From Mobula hypostoma (Eukaryota): DNA of 64,000 bases. The notes beneath the pieces are model-generated. The model made no database searches. It saw only the letters and a list, made by a program, of their open reading frames with translations, and was not told the origin of the DNA. Location: the NCBI RefSeq assembly GCF_963921235.1, contig NC_086107.1:111726001-111790000 (forward strand). The letters run 5' to 3'. This document shows, one piece after another, positions 1-12,049 of this stretch. The position numbers and the translations under genes are program-made. Each line of letters begins with the position of its first letter. Position 1 is the stretch's first letter.

Positions 1-440
1 GTCGCGATGAGGCCACACTCAGGTTGGAGGAACAACATCTTATATTCTGCCTGGGTAGCCTCCAACCTGGTGGCATAAACATCGATTTCTCAAATGTCCG
101 GTAATGCCCCACCCCCTCTCCTTTACCATTCTCTCACCTTATATCCTTGTCTACCCATCACCTTCCTCTGGTGCTTCTCCCCCCATTTCTTTCTTCCATG
201 GCCTTCTGTCTTCTCCGTTCTCCAGCCCCGTATCTCTTTCACCAATCAACTTGCCAGTTCTTTACTTCATTCCTCCCCCTCCCGGTTTCAACTATCAGGT
301 CTCCCCACCCCCCCCCCCACCTTTTAAATCGAATCCTCATCATTTTTTCTCCAGTCCTTAGCCCAAAACATTGAATTAGTTTTTTTCCTCAGATGCTGCC
401 TAGCCTGCTGAGTTCCTCCAGCATTTTGCTGCCATTTCAG
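1..440 (+). mobile_element. Penelope-like element 3' fragment (GIY-YIG C-terminus plus terminal repeat)
   Basis: Translates ...DEATLRLEEQHLIFCLGSLQPGGINIDFS, followed by a pyrimidine-rich tract and the recurrent GATGCTGCC...GCTGAGTTCCTCCAGCATTTTG end motif. Confidence 0.75.
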
Positions 441-587
441 TGGTCACTTTCAAATTCTCGCCTGAATGTTTCACAGTGTTTTCCAATTACAATATTCACT
501 GTTAAAATGTGGGAAACATGTCAATAATTTTGTCCAGAGTAAGCCCTCACAAATACATTGTGATCATAGCTTAGAAATTTGATCAAA

Positions 588-1385
588 TAGGTTGAGTACT
601 CCTTAACCAAAATGCTTGGGGCCAGAAATGTTTTGATATTTTGGATTTTTTTTGCACTTTGGAATATATAATAAGCTTGGGTTTGTCATCATTTCCAACT
701 GTGAATTTATGTGCTGCTGGTCAGCTGTCTTTGTTTTACACTTGTTCATCACACATATGTACTTAACAATAAACATTATTACACACCATTCATATAATGA
801 AAATATAATGTGTGCAGGGTAACAAAAGCAGCATTGGGAGAATATCTGAATCTGCTGTTGAACAATAACAAACAACGGCAGGCTTTCAGTCCCCACCTAC
901 GATGCTGCGTTTTGAGCAAAAGATTACAGTACACTCTATTTGTATTTTATTATTTCTTTTGGTTTTATGAAAGGTATAAAACCAATCAGCAACATAGACT
1001 TGTTGTGGTGCTAGATTTTCGTGATCAGCAGATGCTTTAAAAATTTAATGCCATGCCTTTTCTTAAATTTCTGCAACCAGCTTGCAGAATATTCACAATT
1101 ACCTTCAATTTTCAGTTCATCGTGACAAATCTTTGTTTTATGATCAGCATACCGTTAAGCGGCACATATTCACTCCAACATTAATGATACATGATCAAGA
1201 TCTCCGTTCCTCACTTCATGCAATGTTTTCCTATTTTTCAATTAACTTCTATTCATTACATGTGACATCACTTCTCAGAATTGTTTGTGATGTGCTGAGA
1301 CCTGGGAATTTTCCATTTGTGATGTCATGTCAGCGTTCGATAAGAATTTGGATTTTGGATTTTCAGATAAGGAGCTTTCAACTTG
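588..1385. mobile_element. Non-autonomous Tc1/mariner (pogo/Tigger-type) DNA transposon, about 800 bp
   Basis: Imperfect terminal inverted repeats: AGGTTGAGTACTCCTTAACCAAAAT at the left and ATTTTCAGATAAGGAGCTTTCAACTTG at the right. No transposase ORF. Confidence 0.6.
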
Positions 1386-1584
1386 TCGCTATTACGAGAT
1401 GGAATTGTCTTTATCTTGAAGGAAACAGTTCAAATTTGGGTCTCAGATAAGTTAGTTGCTAGTTTCAGGAGTGGTAAATTGGTCAATTTAGAGCAAGAGG
1501 ATTAGGTAAAAATGGATTATTTGAGGAAGTCTCTTCCACAATTATTTTTCAAATATTAGAAAGCGATTGGCAAGTCGTGATGGA

Positions 1585-2420
1585 CATCAACACAAAATGC
1601 TGGAGGAACTCAGCAGGCCAGGCAGCCTCTATGGCAAAGAGTAAAGTCGACATTTCGGACTGAGAGTCTACAGCAGGACTGGAGAAAAAGGAGATAAGGA
1701 GTCAGTTAGAAGGTGGGTGAGGGAGGGAGAAACACAAGGTGATAGATGAAACCCAGGGTAGGAGGTGTTAGGTTGACTGGTGAGAGAGATACAGGTCCGG
1801 AGAAGGGGGAAGCTAATAGGGGAGCACAGAAGGCCGTGGAAGAAGGGAAAGGGGGAGGGGCACCAGAGGGAGGAGATGAGCAGGCAAAGATAATCTGAGA
1901 GAGGAAAAAAGGGATGGGGAATGGTGAAGTGGGGGCATAACCGAAAGCTCAAGAAATCAATGTTCTTGCCATCAGGTTGGAGGCTTCCCATACAGAATAC
2001 AAGGTGTTGCTCCTCCAACCTGAGTGTGGCCTCATTGTGACAGTAGAGGCCAAAGACTGACACGTGAAAATGGGAAGTGGAATTAAAATGGGTGGCCTCT
2101 AGGTGATCCTGCACTTTCTGGCTCAGCGAAGCGGTCTCCCAATCTACATCAGGTCTCACCAATATACAGGAAGCCACAATGGGAGCACTGGATACAGATG
2201 ACCCCAACATCTGAGTGTCACCTCTCCTGGAAGGACTGTTTGGGGCCCTGAATGGTAGTGAGGGAGGTGGTGTATAGGCAGGTGTAGCACTTGTTCCATT
2301 TGCAAGGATAAGTGCCAGGAGAGAAATCAGTGGGGAGAAAATACTCTTTAGATGCTGAGATCAACCAGCATTTTTGTGTGTTGCTTAGATTTCCCAGCAT
2401 CTACAGATTTTCTCATTTTT
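1585..2420 (-). mobile_element. Penelope-like element fragment (Cys-rich linker plus GIY-YIG endonuclease C-terminus), degenerate
   Basis: ORFs 2218-2400 (PGTYPCKWNKCYTC..IQGPKQSFQ) and 1668-2210 (HFNSTSH..EATLRLEEQHLVFCMGSLQPDG). Confidence 0.75.
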
Positions 2421-2519
2421 TGCTGGTCAGGTTTGTCCAGTCAGATGTCCAGAAGTGGTTATTTTATGTCATTCTGGAAATTTACAGCATATGTTGGAGT
2501 GCTTCTTGCTTGCCATATG

Positions 2520-2810
2520 AGGCTTTCCCCCCCAAGGCTGAAATAGCTAGCACGAGGGGGTACAGTTTTAAGGTGCTTGGAAGTAGGTACAGAGATGTCA
2601 GGGGTAAGTTTTTTAAAAAAAAAATGTAGACTGGTGAGTACATGGAAGGGGCTGCCAGTGGCAGAAACAACAGGGTCTTTTGAGAGACTCCTGGATGGAT
2701 ACACGGAGCTTAGAAAAATAGAGGGCTATGGGTAAGCCTAGGTAGTTCTAAGGCAAGGACATGTTCAGCACAGCTTGTGGGCCTGTAGTGTACTGTAGGT
2801 TTTCTACATC
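2520..2810 (+). mobile_element. CR1 LINE 3' fragment
   Basis: Encodes ..TRGYSFKVLGSRYRDVRGKFF..; same family as 54331-54700. Confidence 0.7.
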
Positions 2811-3637
2811 GACACCCTACAACAATGCCCAGCCAAGTGCACTAGAAGTTGAGATGAAAAGGTTGCAAAATGAGAAAAATGCTAACACTCAATCATGAAG
2901 TAGTTTACATCCCCCAAGAAAAACCCAACAGCATATGCATATTGCTATATTTATACTCTATTCTTGGTTGGTGCAACTGTAATGAATTCCTATTTCCCTC
3001 AGGATCAATAAAGTATGACTATGTATTCTTGGAATGAAATAAGCCTCCTGATTCAACCAAGGCTATGGAATTTCTACAGGGAAGATAGAGTCGCAAGACA
3101 ACCTAGACTTCTGTGCACTAGTGCCTGGAAAAGCACTGGAACCCATTTCCAAAAGCAGCATAAATTAAGAGGCAAAACATTGAGAGATTCAAGGTAGCAT
3201 CGTCTATTCTCCAATAGGGAGCTGTAGCCTATTATTGGATCATACAACACCACTAATGTTGGTTGGATTCTGTATCAGTCCTCAGGAACCAAAGCAGTTT
3301 TATTAAAAAAAAATCATTCTGCAAGGCCTAAAAATCACCAACCCAACTTCTAGCACCTTCAAAAGTCATTTCCTTCTTAGTGGCAGAAGAGGAAAATATC
3401 TATCGATACCTTTCCTTGTTTGTGCTGTTGAAAGTGTCCTAATGAAGGGTCTTGGCTAGAAACAATCCCTTGTTTATTCCTCTCTACAGAAGCTGCCTGA
3501 CCTAGCAAATTCATGCATTTTGTGGGTGTTGCTCTGGCTTTCCAGTATCAGCAGACCTAAAACTTCAAGGCAAACAAGTGGACACTTTCAATGAAGGAAA
3601 TAGTAAAAGCATTGCTACAACCCACTTTTTACCAACT

Positions 3638-3643
3638 TTTATT
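3638..3643 (-). other. Probable polyadenylation signal of ferritin gene A
   Basis: AATAAA on the minus strand about 240 nt after the stop codon. A second AATAAA lies at 3299-3304. Confidence 0.6.
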
Positions 3644-3883
3644 TAAGCAACAAATCCTCAGTTGTGCCACATGGTTTACAAATGTCTTTTAGAAACCAGG
3701 TACAAAGATTGAAAATCTCACAGTAGAAATACCTTTTCACTTATTTCACAAACAAGTGAACACCCAATTCAAAAATGACAATTACCAAAAACCGACTCAA
3801 TTAAAAGAATCATCTATCAAGAGAAAGGTATTGAAGTATGCTGAAAATAGAACAGGCACACTGATTTCCTGAGGTTTGGCGTT

Positions 3884-4042
3884 TTAGCTGCTCTCCTCTC
3901 CCAGTGTATGCTTGTCAAAGAGGTACTCGGCCATGCCGTTCTGGGGCGCCCCCATGCGGGTCAGATTGGTGATCATGTCTCCAAGCTTCTTGATGGCTTC
4001 GACCTGCTCATGCAAGAAGTGGGTTTCCAGGAAGTCGCACAT
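3884..4042 (-). CDS. Ferritin A coding exon 4
   Basis: Acceptor TTTTAG, MCDFLE...[17 protein letters not shown] at 3886-3884. Confidence 0.97.
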   Translation of the reverse strand: MCDFLETHFLHEQVEAIKKLGDMITNLTRMGAPQNGMAEYLFDKHTLGEESS

Positions 4043-5252
4043 CTAAAAGAAAAACGAACAGCATTTGTCTTTAGACCCAATTATCAAACTAAAAATAAGT
4101 AATGCCTTTGGAACTAACAAAGCACGAGGCCAATTAATTATTGTTCGAGTTAAAAATGATCCCCTACATTTAAAATTCAGAACTTAACTGATAAAGTTTC
4201 TACCGTTTATTGAGAGAAAAGCAAGTACCATCGTGATGTACTACGTGATCCGCGCTGTAAACATGTTTACAGTTTGCACGGTCTCGCTCGATTAGTTGTG
4301 GGAGATGCTTAATTTCAGATTTAAAAAGCTAGCTCTTGTGTAGCAAACGGGTCAATATTTACATGAGGGTCGTTCTTGTCAGAAGCGAGTTTGTGGAGCT
4401 CCAGGAGAGACTGGTTCACGGTCTTCTCCAAGTGAAGAGCGCACCGCACAGCTTCCAGGCCATTGCTCCATTCATCTCGGTCAGGTTTCTGTATGGGGAG
4501 GGGGACAAGGAAAAGTTTGAAATATTAAAAAAAATTAAACTTGTTCAGGAACAACTTCAAAAAGAATGCGACTATAAGTAGCCACTGACCGCAACGTCCT
4601 GGAGGATAACACGTCCTCCACGTTGGTTTTGGAATTTGACCAGCTTCTCTACATGTTCCCGCTCCTCGTGGGACTGATCCTTGAAAAACTTGGCGAAGTT
4701 CTTCAACGCCACATCATCCCGATCGAAGTAAGCAAACTGGAAGTAGTTAAAGACTGAAATCAGCTTCTTGAAACACGCCGGAGATACTAAAGAGTACTCA
4801 GATGCACCAAAGCTCGGCGCGGAGCAGAACAATCACAACGACGGGGCCGGGCTATTTACAAATTATTTAAGATTAGAAATCGTGCACTTTCACTACAAAT
4901 CGTCAGCGGAGTCGCAACTCCCTTTGTACAACCCTCCAGCGGCCATTATCTAGTGTGCGTGTGGAGCTGCTATAGTGCAGCAGAGAACAAAGACCCATGA
5001 ACCATGAAACAAAAGCTCTTGGCATAAAGTTTCTTTCCCCGTTCGACACAAGTGTTCAGTAGTACCAGAGAGACTATCCCCTCACCGCCGAGGCCAGACA
5101 CACATGCATTTTAAGAGTAGCTTCCCCACTGGGTTAGTTAGATGACTTACCATCGACAGGTAGACGTAAGAGGCATACAGCTCCATGTTGATCTGCCGGT
5201 TGACGCTGGCCTCGCATTCCTGGTGGTAATTCTGGCGCACTTGAGCAGACAT
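3884..5252 (-). CDS. Ferritin gene A: heavy/middle-type ferritin subunit, 177 aa, join(5252-5151,4736-4590,4488-4363,4042-3884)
   Basis: Spliced product: [177 protein letters not shown]. All introns are GT-AG and phase 0 at the vertebrate ferritin positions. Ferroxidase ligands equivalent to human H E27, Y34, E61, E62, H65, E107 and Q141 are intact. H versus M orthology is unresolved. Confidence 0.97.
4255..4272. promoter_or_regulatory. Palindromic double forkhead (FOXO-type) site in ferritin A intron 3
   Basis: Perfect 18-bp palindrome CTGTAAACATGTTTACAG. A TACGTG (HRE core) lies at 4242-4247. Confidence 0.45.
4363..4488 (-). CDS. Ferritin A exon 3
   Basis: Acceptor ATACAG, 42 codons (KPDRDEW...DPH), donor GTAAAT. 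Confidence 0.97.
4590..4736 (-). CDS. Ferritin A exon 2
   Basis: Acceptor TTCCAG, 49 codons ([14 protein letters not shown]...), donor GTCAGT. Confidence 0.97.
5151..5252 (-). CDS. Ferritin A coding exon 1
   Basis: CAGG-ATG start, 34 codons, donor GTAAGT at 5150-5145. Confidence 0.97.
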
Positions 5253-5348
5253 CCTGCACGAGTTCGGTACAAAAAAGGTTGCTTCAAAAAAAGTTCTTTT
5301 TTAGTTTTTAAAAAAAAGGTAAGGAGGTTTTGGCGCGGTCTGGGTTCT

Positions 5349-5378
5349 ATTCCGTTCAAACACTGTTGAAGCAAGAAT
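5349..5378 (-). promoter_or_regulatory. Iron-responsive element (IRE) in the 5'UTR of ferritin A
   Basis: Minus strand reads AUUCU-UGC-UUCAA-CAGUGU-UUGAA-C-GGAAU: CAGUGN loop, 5-bp upper stem and the ferritin-type UGC/C bulge. Confidence 0.97.
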
Positions 5379-5415
5379 ACAACCCGGATTCTGAGCTCCA
5401 GCCCCCGCCGCTCCT

Positions 5416-5473
5416 CTATTTAAAGAGCTGAGCCACCACCCACCATGAGACCGCCCATCATTATGATTCAGCA
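5416..5473 (-). promoter_or_regulatory. Ferritin A proximal promoter (TATA-like box, GC box, Maf/Nrf2-like element)
   Basis: TTTAAATAG at 5424-5416, about 30 nt above a likely start near 5392. GGGCGG at 5456-5451. TGCTGAATCAT at 5473-5463 with a T-rich 5' flank. Confidence 0.65.
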
Positions 5474-6129
5474 AAAAAAATCTGCCGGCTCGTTAACTCC
5501 TGCAGCGCCGGTTTCGCAACGCAGGCGCCACGGATGCTGTTCGACCCACTGGACAAGGTTGAGAGCAAAAAGAATCAGAGTTGAATTGGAATGAGTGATG
5601 CAGGGATACAGGGACATAAGGTCACCCCGAGGGATGAGTGAGGAGCTGGCCAGAGATGACTGGTAGGGTACGCGAGCCGGGTAGACAGTAGAACAGTAGT
5701 GACAGGAGTGACTGGGACCCAGAGAGTCTGATTCAGACACCAATGCCCAGATTCCAATGACACAGCAGAATTTCGTCCCGTGCTGCCAATTTTATCATGT
5801 GCTTCCAGGTCACCCTAAACCTCATCCTTAATAATGTACAGTGGAATCCGGTTAATTGGGACATGTCGGGACCAGTTAAGCCCCTGCCCCAATTAGCCAA
5901 GGTTTTGTGCAAAGAGTTAAATAAACTCTTCTTGGGTATCAATTATAATCGATGTTTCAATGACAAATTTCGCCATCTTCATCAAGGATGATGTGTATTA
6001 GTTCCTAATAGTAATCGACTGAGGAATTCATCCTGTGTATGCAATGAACAAAATCAGCGCAGACACTGAATGGACTGCCATCATACTATGCTCCTCCAAA
6101 TCTTTGTTTTTATTGTAACATTCAAGATG

Positions 6130-6830
6130 AGTTCAAAGTATTATCAAAGAGCGTTTGTGTCACCATACACATCCATGAGATTCATCTTCTTGTGGGTATA
6201 CTCAATAAATCCTCAATAGAATAATAACTACCAATGAGAAACTGCATCAACTTGGATGTTCAACCAGTGTGTAAGAGACAACAAACTCTGCAAACACAGA
6301 AGAAAAAAATGCACAATTATAAATAAATAAGTAAGCAATGAAGATCAAGAACATAAGATGAAGAGTCCTTGAAAGTGAGTCCTTAGGCTGTGGGAACGTT
6401 TCAAGGAAGGGGCAAGTGAAGTTGGGTGAAGTTATCCTATTTGGCTCAGAAGCCTGATGTTTGAGGAGTGATAACTCTCCCTGAACCTGGTAAGTGTGAG
6501 TCATGAGGCTCCTGTACCTCCTTCCTGATGGGGGCAGCACGAAGAGAGCATGTCCTGGATGGTGGGGATCCTTGATGATGGATGCTGCTTTCCTGCAACA
6601 GCATTTCACGTGGATGGGCTGTACCTGTGATGGACTGGGCTGTACAGTACCACTATTTTTTGTATTTTCCATTCAAAAGACGTTGGTCTTTCCAGATCAG
6701 GCAGTCAATATACTCTCCACATCTTTAGAAGTTTGTCAAAGTTTTGGGTGTCATGCTGAATCTCCACAGAATCCTAAGGAAGTCAAGGCATTGCCATGCT
6801 TTCTTTGTAATTGCACTTATCTGCTAGACC
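6130..6830 (-). mobile_element. Degenerate Rex1/Babar-type LINE 3' fragment
   Basis: Encodes ..KAASIIKDPHHPGHALFVLPPSGRRYRSL.. Confidence 0.65.
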
Positions 6831-6917
6831 CGGGTTATTTTCTTGGTTTGCTTTTGTTCTATAAGAATTGTCCCAATTAACCGAAGGCCCGATTAACCAG
6901 AATCCACTGTACTCTAA

Positions 6918-7495
6918 GCTTGTCCAAGGCATTGGTGAGGCTAAATGTGGAGTATTGTGTACAGTTTTGGTCACTGAATTATAGGAAAGATGTCAACAAA
7001 CTAGAGAGAGTACAGAGAAGATTTACTAGAACGTTACCTGGGTTTCATCACCTAAGTTACAGAGAAAGGTTGAACAAGTTGAGTCTTTATTCTTTGGAAT
7101 GTAGAAGGTTGAGGGGGGACTTGATAGAGGTATTTAATATTATGAGGGGGATAAATAGAGTTGACGTGGATGGGCTTTTTCTATTGAGAGTGGGGGAGAT
7201 TCAACCAAGAGGACATGAGTTGAGAGTTAAAGGGCAAAAGTTTAGGGGTAACATGAGGGGGAACTTCTTTACTCAGAGAGTGGTAGCTGTGTGGAACGAG
7301 CTTCCAGCAGAAGTGGTTGAGGCAGGTTCGATGTTGTCGTTTAAAGTTAAATTGGAGAGATATATGGACAGGAAAGGAATGGAGGGTTATGGGTTGAGTG
7401 CAGGTCGGTGAGACTAGGTGAGAATAAGAGTTCGGCACGGACTAGAAGGGCCGAGATGGCCTGTTTCCGTGCTGTAATTGTTATATGGTTATATA
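6918..7495 (+). mobile_element. CR1 LINE 3' fragment
   Basis: ORF 6920-7411 (LEYCVQFWS-like motif, RLRGDLIEVF, FFTQRVVAVWNELP) followed by a short tandem tail. Confidence 0.85.
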
Positions 7496-9372
7496 AGATC
7501 TCACCAACTACTGAAATCAGGCTAATCTGCCTATAAGTTGCAGTCCTTTGCCTCCCTACCTTCTTAGAAGGTGGCGTGACATTAGTAATTTTCCTAGTGG
7601 CTCTTGACTCTAGTGATTCGTGAAAGAAATCTCTACTAATGCCTCCACAAGCTCTTCAGCTACCTCTTTTAAAAACTCTGGATGTGGTCCGTCCAGTTCG
7701 GGTGACATTTATTTATTGAGATACGGCACGGAATTGGCCTTTCCAGCCTTTTGAGCCACGCCGCCCAGCAATCCCCCCCAATTTAGTCCTCGCCTCATCA
7801 TGACTAATTAACCTACAAACTGGTACATCTTTGGGAGAAAACCAGAGCAACCAGAAGAAACTCACACGATCACAGAGAGAACATACAAACTGCTTACAGG
7901 CAGCGGTGGGATTCGAACCTGAGTCGCTGGTGCTGTAAAGCATTGTGCTAACTACTGTACTATAGTCTAGCCTTCGACCTTGCAGCTTCCCAGCCACCTT
8001 CTCCTTGGTATAGTGAACACACTCACTTCTGGCCCCTGACACTCTCAAATTGCTGACACGTTGGTGTCTTCCACAGTGAAGACGGCTCAAAATACTTATT
8101 CAGTTCATCCACCATTTCTTTGTTCCTCATTACTACCTGTCCTGTATTATTTTTCAGTGGTCTGATGTCCACTCTTGCCTCTCTTTTACTCTTTATACAG
8201 TCCTTTGCAAAAGTCTTAGCCACATATACATAGCTAGGGAGCCTTAGACTTCTGCACAGTACTGTGGTAATTTTATGTATCACTCTGTACTGCCGCCGTG
8301 AAAAAAAACAAATTTCATGACATGTATGAGTGACGATAAACCTGATTCTGATATGGGTCTCTATTGTGGGCTGAGAGTGGGGAGGGGGCAGGGAGAGGGG
8401 AATCATGGTTGGGAAAAGGGGAAGGGAGAGGGGAGGGAGTGGGAAGCACCAGAGAGACATTCTGTAATAGCTATAAACCATTGTTTGAAATCAAATGACC
8501 TTGCCTGGTGTCTCAGGGCTGGGTGTGTCTGCACTCGCACCAATTCCAACCCCTAGGCACTCCCTCTCTGCCACCTTTCCTGTACCCCTCCCACAGGTCT
8601 CTGCCATCGCCATTCCCAACATGGTTTGTTCCCACCAGATTTACAAACACGCTCTCCCCTCCATGTTGACAAATACAATGTAGAGCAAAAGTCTTAGCTA
8701 TATATATGTGCCTTAGACTTTAGCAGAGTAATTTATATCTAAAAACTAAAAATTTTAACATCCTCTTTTACATTATTGGCTTGTTTACCCTCATTTTCAA
8801 CTTTTTTCTCTTTTACCACAGGAAACTGTTGAGGCCAGTTCATTGGCTATATTTAAGAGGGAGTTAGATATAGCCCTTGTGGCTACCGGGGTCAGGGGGT
8901 ATGGAGGGAAGGCTGGGGTGGGGTTCTGAGTTGGATGATCAGCCATGATCATAATAAATGGCGGTGCAGGCTCGAAGGGCTGAATGGCCTACTCCTGCAC
9001 CTATTTTCTATGTTTCTATGTTTCTATTGTCTTTATAGTTGCTTTCTGTTGGTTTATAAAAGCTTCTCAATCTTCTAGATTCCTGCCAGCTTTTGCAGTA
9101 TTGTACTCCCTCTTCTTTGCTTTTATGCTGTCTTTGACTTCCCTTGTTAGCTACGATGATCTCTTCTTCCCTCTAGGTTGTTCCTTCTTCTTTGTGACGA
9201 AATGATCCTGCATCTTCCAAATTACTCCCAGAAACTCCTGTCCTTGCTGGTCTACCATCACCCTTTCAAATCAAATTTGACCGCCTCCTCTCTCATGTCT
9301 CTGTAGTTACCTTTACTTGATGATAATATCTGCATATCCCATTTAGCTTTTCCTGCTCGAACTGCAGGGTAA

Positions 9373-9886
9373 AGGCTGATTTATACTTCTGCGTCAAATC
9401 GACGCCGTAGGTATGGCGTAGCCGCGAACCCTGCGCAGTACCTACGCGGATCTCTACACCATAGCCTGACGCGCACCTCTCCCAAAATGTAACTATGCGT
9501 CACGGCAACGCAGACCGTAACAGCTGTGATTGGTCCGCTTGGTAGCATCGCATTTCCTCCTACGCTTCAACAGCTTCCCATTGGGCGACTGAAGGGCAGG
9601 GAAGGAACTCTGGCTGCAATGCTTTCCATAAAGCTTTACAGACCTCCGAAATTATGGAGGACACATTTTGCTTTTACGGAAAAAGACGGTTGCTTAAAAC
9701 TTGTTTACCCTGAGAAAGACTACCATGACCATGAAGCCTTGCGCGGGCAGGTGTGTGCGCATGTGTGACATGCGCGAATTGCAGAACGACGCAGACACAC
9801 CAGACACAAGTATAAATGCTCACAACGTGTGTAGGCCACTTGCGTAGGCTACGGCATTGATTTGACGCAGAAGTATAAATCAGCCT
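9373..9886. mobile_element. PIF/Harbinger-type MITE, 514 bp
   Basis: Perfect 28-bp TIR AGGCTGATTTATACTTCTGCGTCAAATC, with TAA on both sides (9370-9372 and 9887-9889). Confidence 0.85.
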
Positions 9887-10109
9887 TAAATTGTTTCATA
9901 TTATGATAACTACCTCCCAGGAGGTGCATTACTTTAAGCTCCCTAATCTTCTTAATTAAATTTGGTTCATTGCACAATGCCAAATCCAAAATTGCCTTTG
10001 CCCTAGTGCTTGATCACAAGCTGCTTTAAAAAGTTATCTCTCGAGCATTCTACGAATTCTTTCTTTTGAGATCCAATGCCAACATGATTTTCCCAATCTA
10101 CCTGCATAT

Positions 10110-10540
10110 TCCTCCAAGAGGAGCACAACCTTGTCATTTGAGTTTGGGGGCCTGCATGCCTCAATGACCCAGAGAGCTGTGTTGGCTGGAGTCAGGGCTT
10201 TACGTCTTTGTCCTTGGCAGGGTCACCCATGCCAAACGGGTCAAAGGGTAGAGGCCAGACTCTACCAGTCCTCCAGGTTTGGGGGTTCAGCTCAGGGCTA
10301 ACATTCCTGATCAGTAAAACAAAATTGTTACGGAAACAGCAATGAAAAACCCTTCTACATCTGAGTGTGACGGTATTCCTGAGTCTCCACGCTAGACCTG
10401 CATGGCTGACAGTAGTGAAAACCGAGAGGAAGCTACTGACATGATGAAGGAAGCCCTGAACACCATCAGAGATGGACGACTTTCATTGCTGCCCTAAATA
10501 CTAGCGGTATAAGGCACAGGTAGTACTGTAAGTAAGTAAC
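10110..10540 (+). mobile_element. Short non-autonomous retroelement, probably RTE-derived
   Basis: Ends in a (GTAA)n tail. A reverse-complement copy lies at about 26510-26930. Confidence 0.6.
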
Positions 10541-12049
10541 TACGTATTGAAGTCACAATGACCAGTGTAACTTACTAACTTAAGTTTCTTTACTTACCTG
10601 CCTTTTCTATCTCCTTCTGTAATTTCTACCCCACTTCCTGGCTACTCATAGATCTGCATATACACATAACTCCCATCAAGGTCCAATCACCTTTGCACAT
10701 TTACCTACCCACAAGCATTCTACACCTTCCAATCCTGTGTCACTTCTTGCTAAGGATTTTATTTTATTTTTTACCAACAGAACCACCCACCTTCTCTTGC
10801 CACCCGCCTTTCCTTTAGATGGGATGTGCATCCTTGAGTGTTTCGCCCCTACCTGTGATCTTCTGTCAACCATGTCTTTATGATACCTTCAATGCCACAC
10901 TGGCCATTTTCTAACTGCACTGTAAACTTATCTAACAACACACATCAAATTTGCTCTTGAACGCAGCAGGCCAGGCAGCATCTCTAGGAAGAGGTACAGT
11001 TGACGTTTCGGGCCGAGACCCTTATTTTGTTTGCTTTCAAATATAACACCTTCAGTCCTACATTCACCTCCCCTTGTCTCAAGTTTGCTACCATTTTGCC
11101 TGAAGTTAAATTCTTACCCCTTCCCATACTTTATGTCCTTTTTTGAATTCTGTATACTTCAGCAACCTCTCCTGCACTTACATCGTCTTTTACTTTGTTT
11201 AGACTTTTCCAATCTGTTGAAGCCACCCCAGCTGTTTAGGTTAAAGCCCTTTTCACGGCCCTAGTTAGGTGATTTTCCAGTACTCTGATCGCATCCCATT
11301 GTTAAATCTCCTTCCTGCCCTAAGACTTGTGCCAATGTACTAGGAATTCAAACCCACTGAGTTCCTGCAGCATTTTGTGTATGCTGCTCTGGATTTTCAG
11401 CATCTGCAGAATCTCCTGTGTTTATGGTTTGCCAATTCTCCCTGTGACTTTTTTTTACCTTATAGATATTCCCGGTTCCTCTGCATCATAAAGGCCTCAG
11501 GGCTGCTAGGCTGATTGGTGACAAAGTTATCTCTGTGTAGGCAAGTGGTAAAATCTGGGGTTTCTCCAAGGATCATCTCCTTGTCGCGGTGGAGCAGTCT
11601 GTGAGTTTTTGATTCTGTTATTCTTTCCCATTGATGCTGCCTGGCCCGCTGAGTTCCTCCAGCATTTTGTGTGTGTCGCTCTGCATTTCCAGCATCTGCA
11701 GAATTTCTTGTATTTGTGCCATGTTACAGACAGTGCATAAATACAAGTTGTTTGCATTCTGTTTTGTTCCTCTGTAAAAGGACAGGATGTGACACGTAAA
11801 CATACCTGAATCATACAATACGAATATCTGGGAACTCATCCATTTTAAGTGATGTGGGTTCAGCATATCAGCAGAGTTGACGCAGTCAGGCATGTGACTG
11901 CCCAGTATCAGGTATCTTTCGCTGTGTTTGTATGAGCTGTACAGGTTGAGACTGAGAGCAATGTGACCTCAGCAGTCGCGCTGCCTTACGTAGACAATAC
12001 TCACAAATGCTAATTTTCGAAAGCCCAGCTCCAACCCATTGTTCACTGA

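Noticed and set aside
3850..3872. CAGUGU in the ferritin A 3'UTR
   Set aside because: The adjacent bases do not pair into an IRE upper stem.
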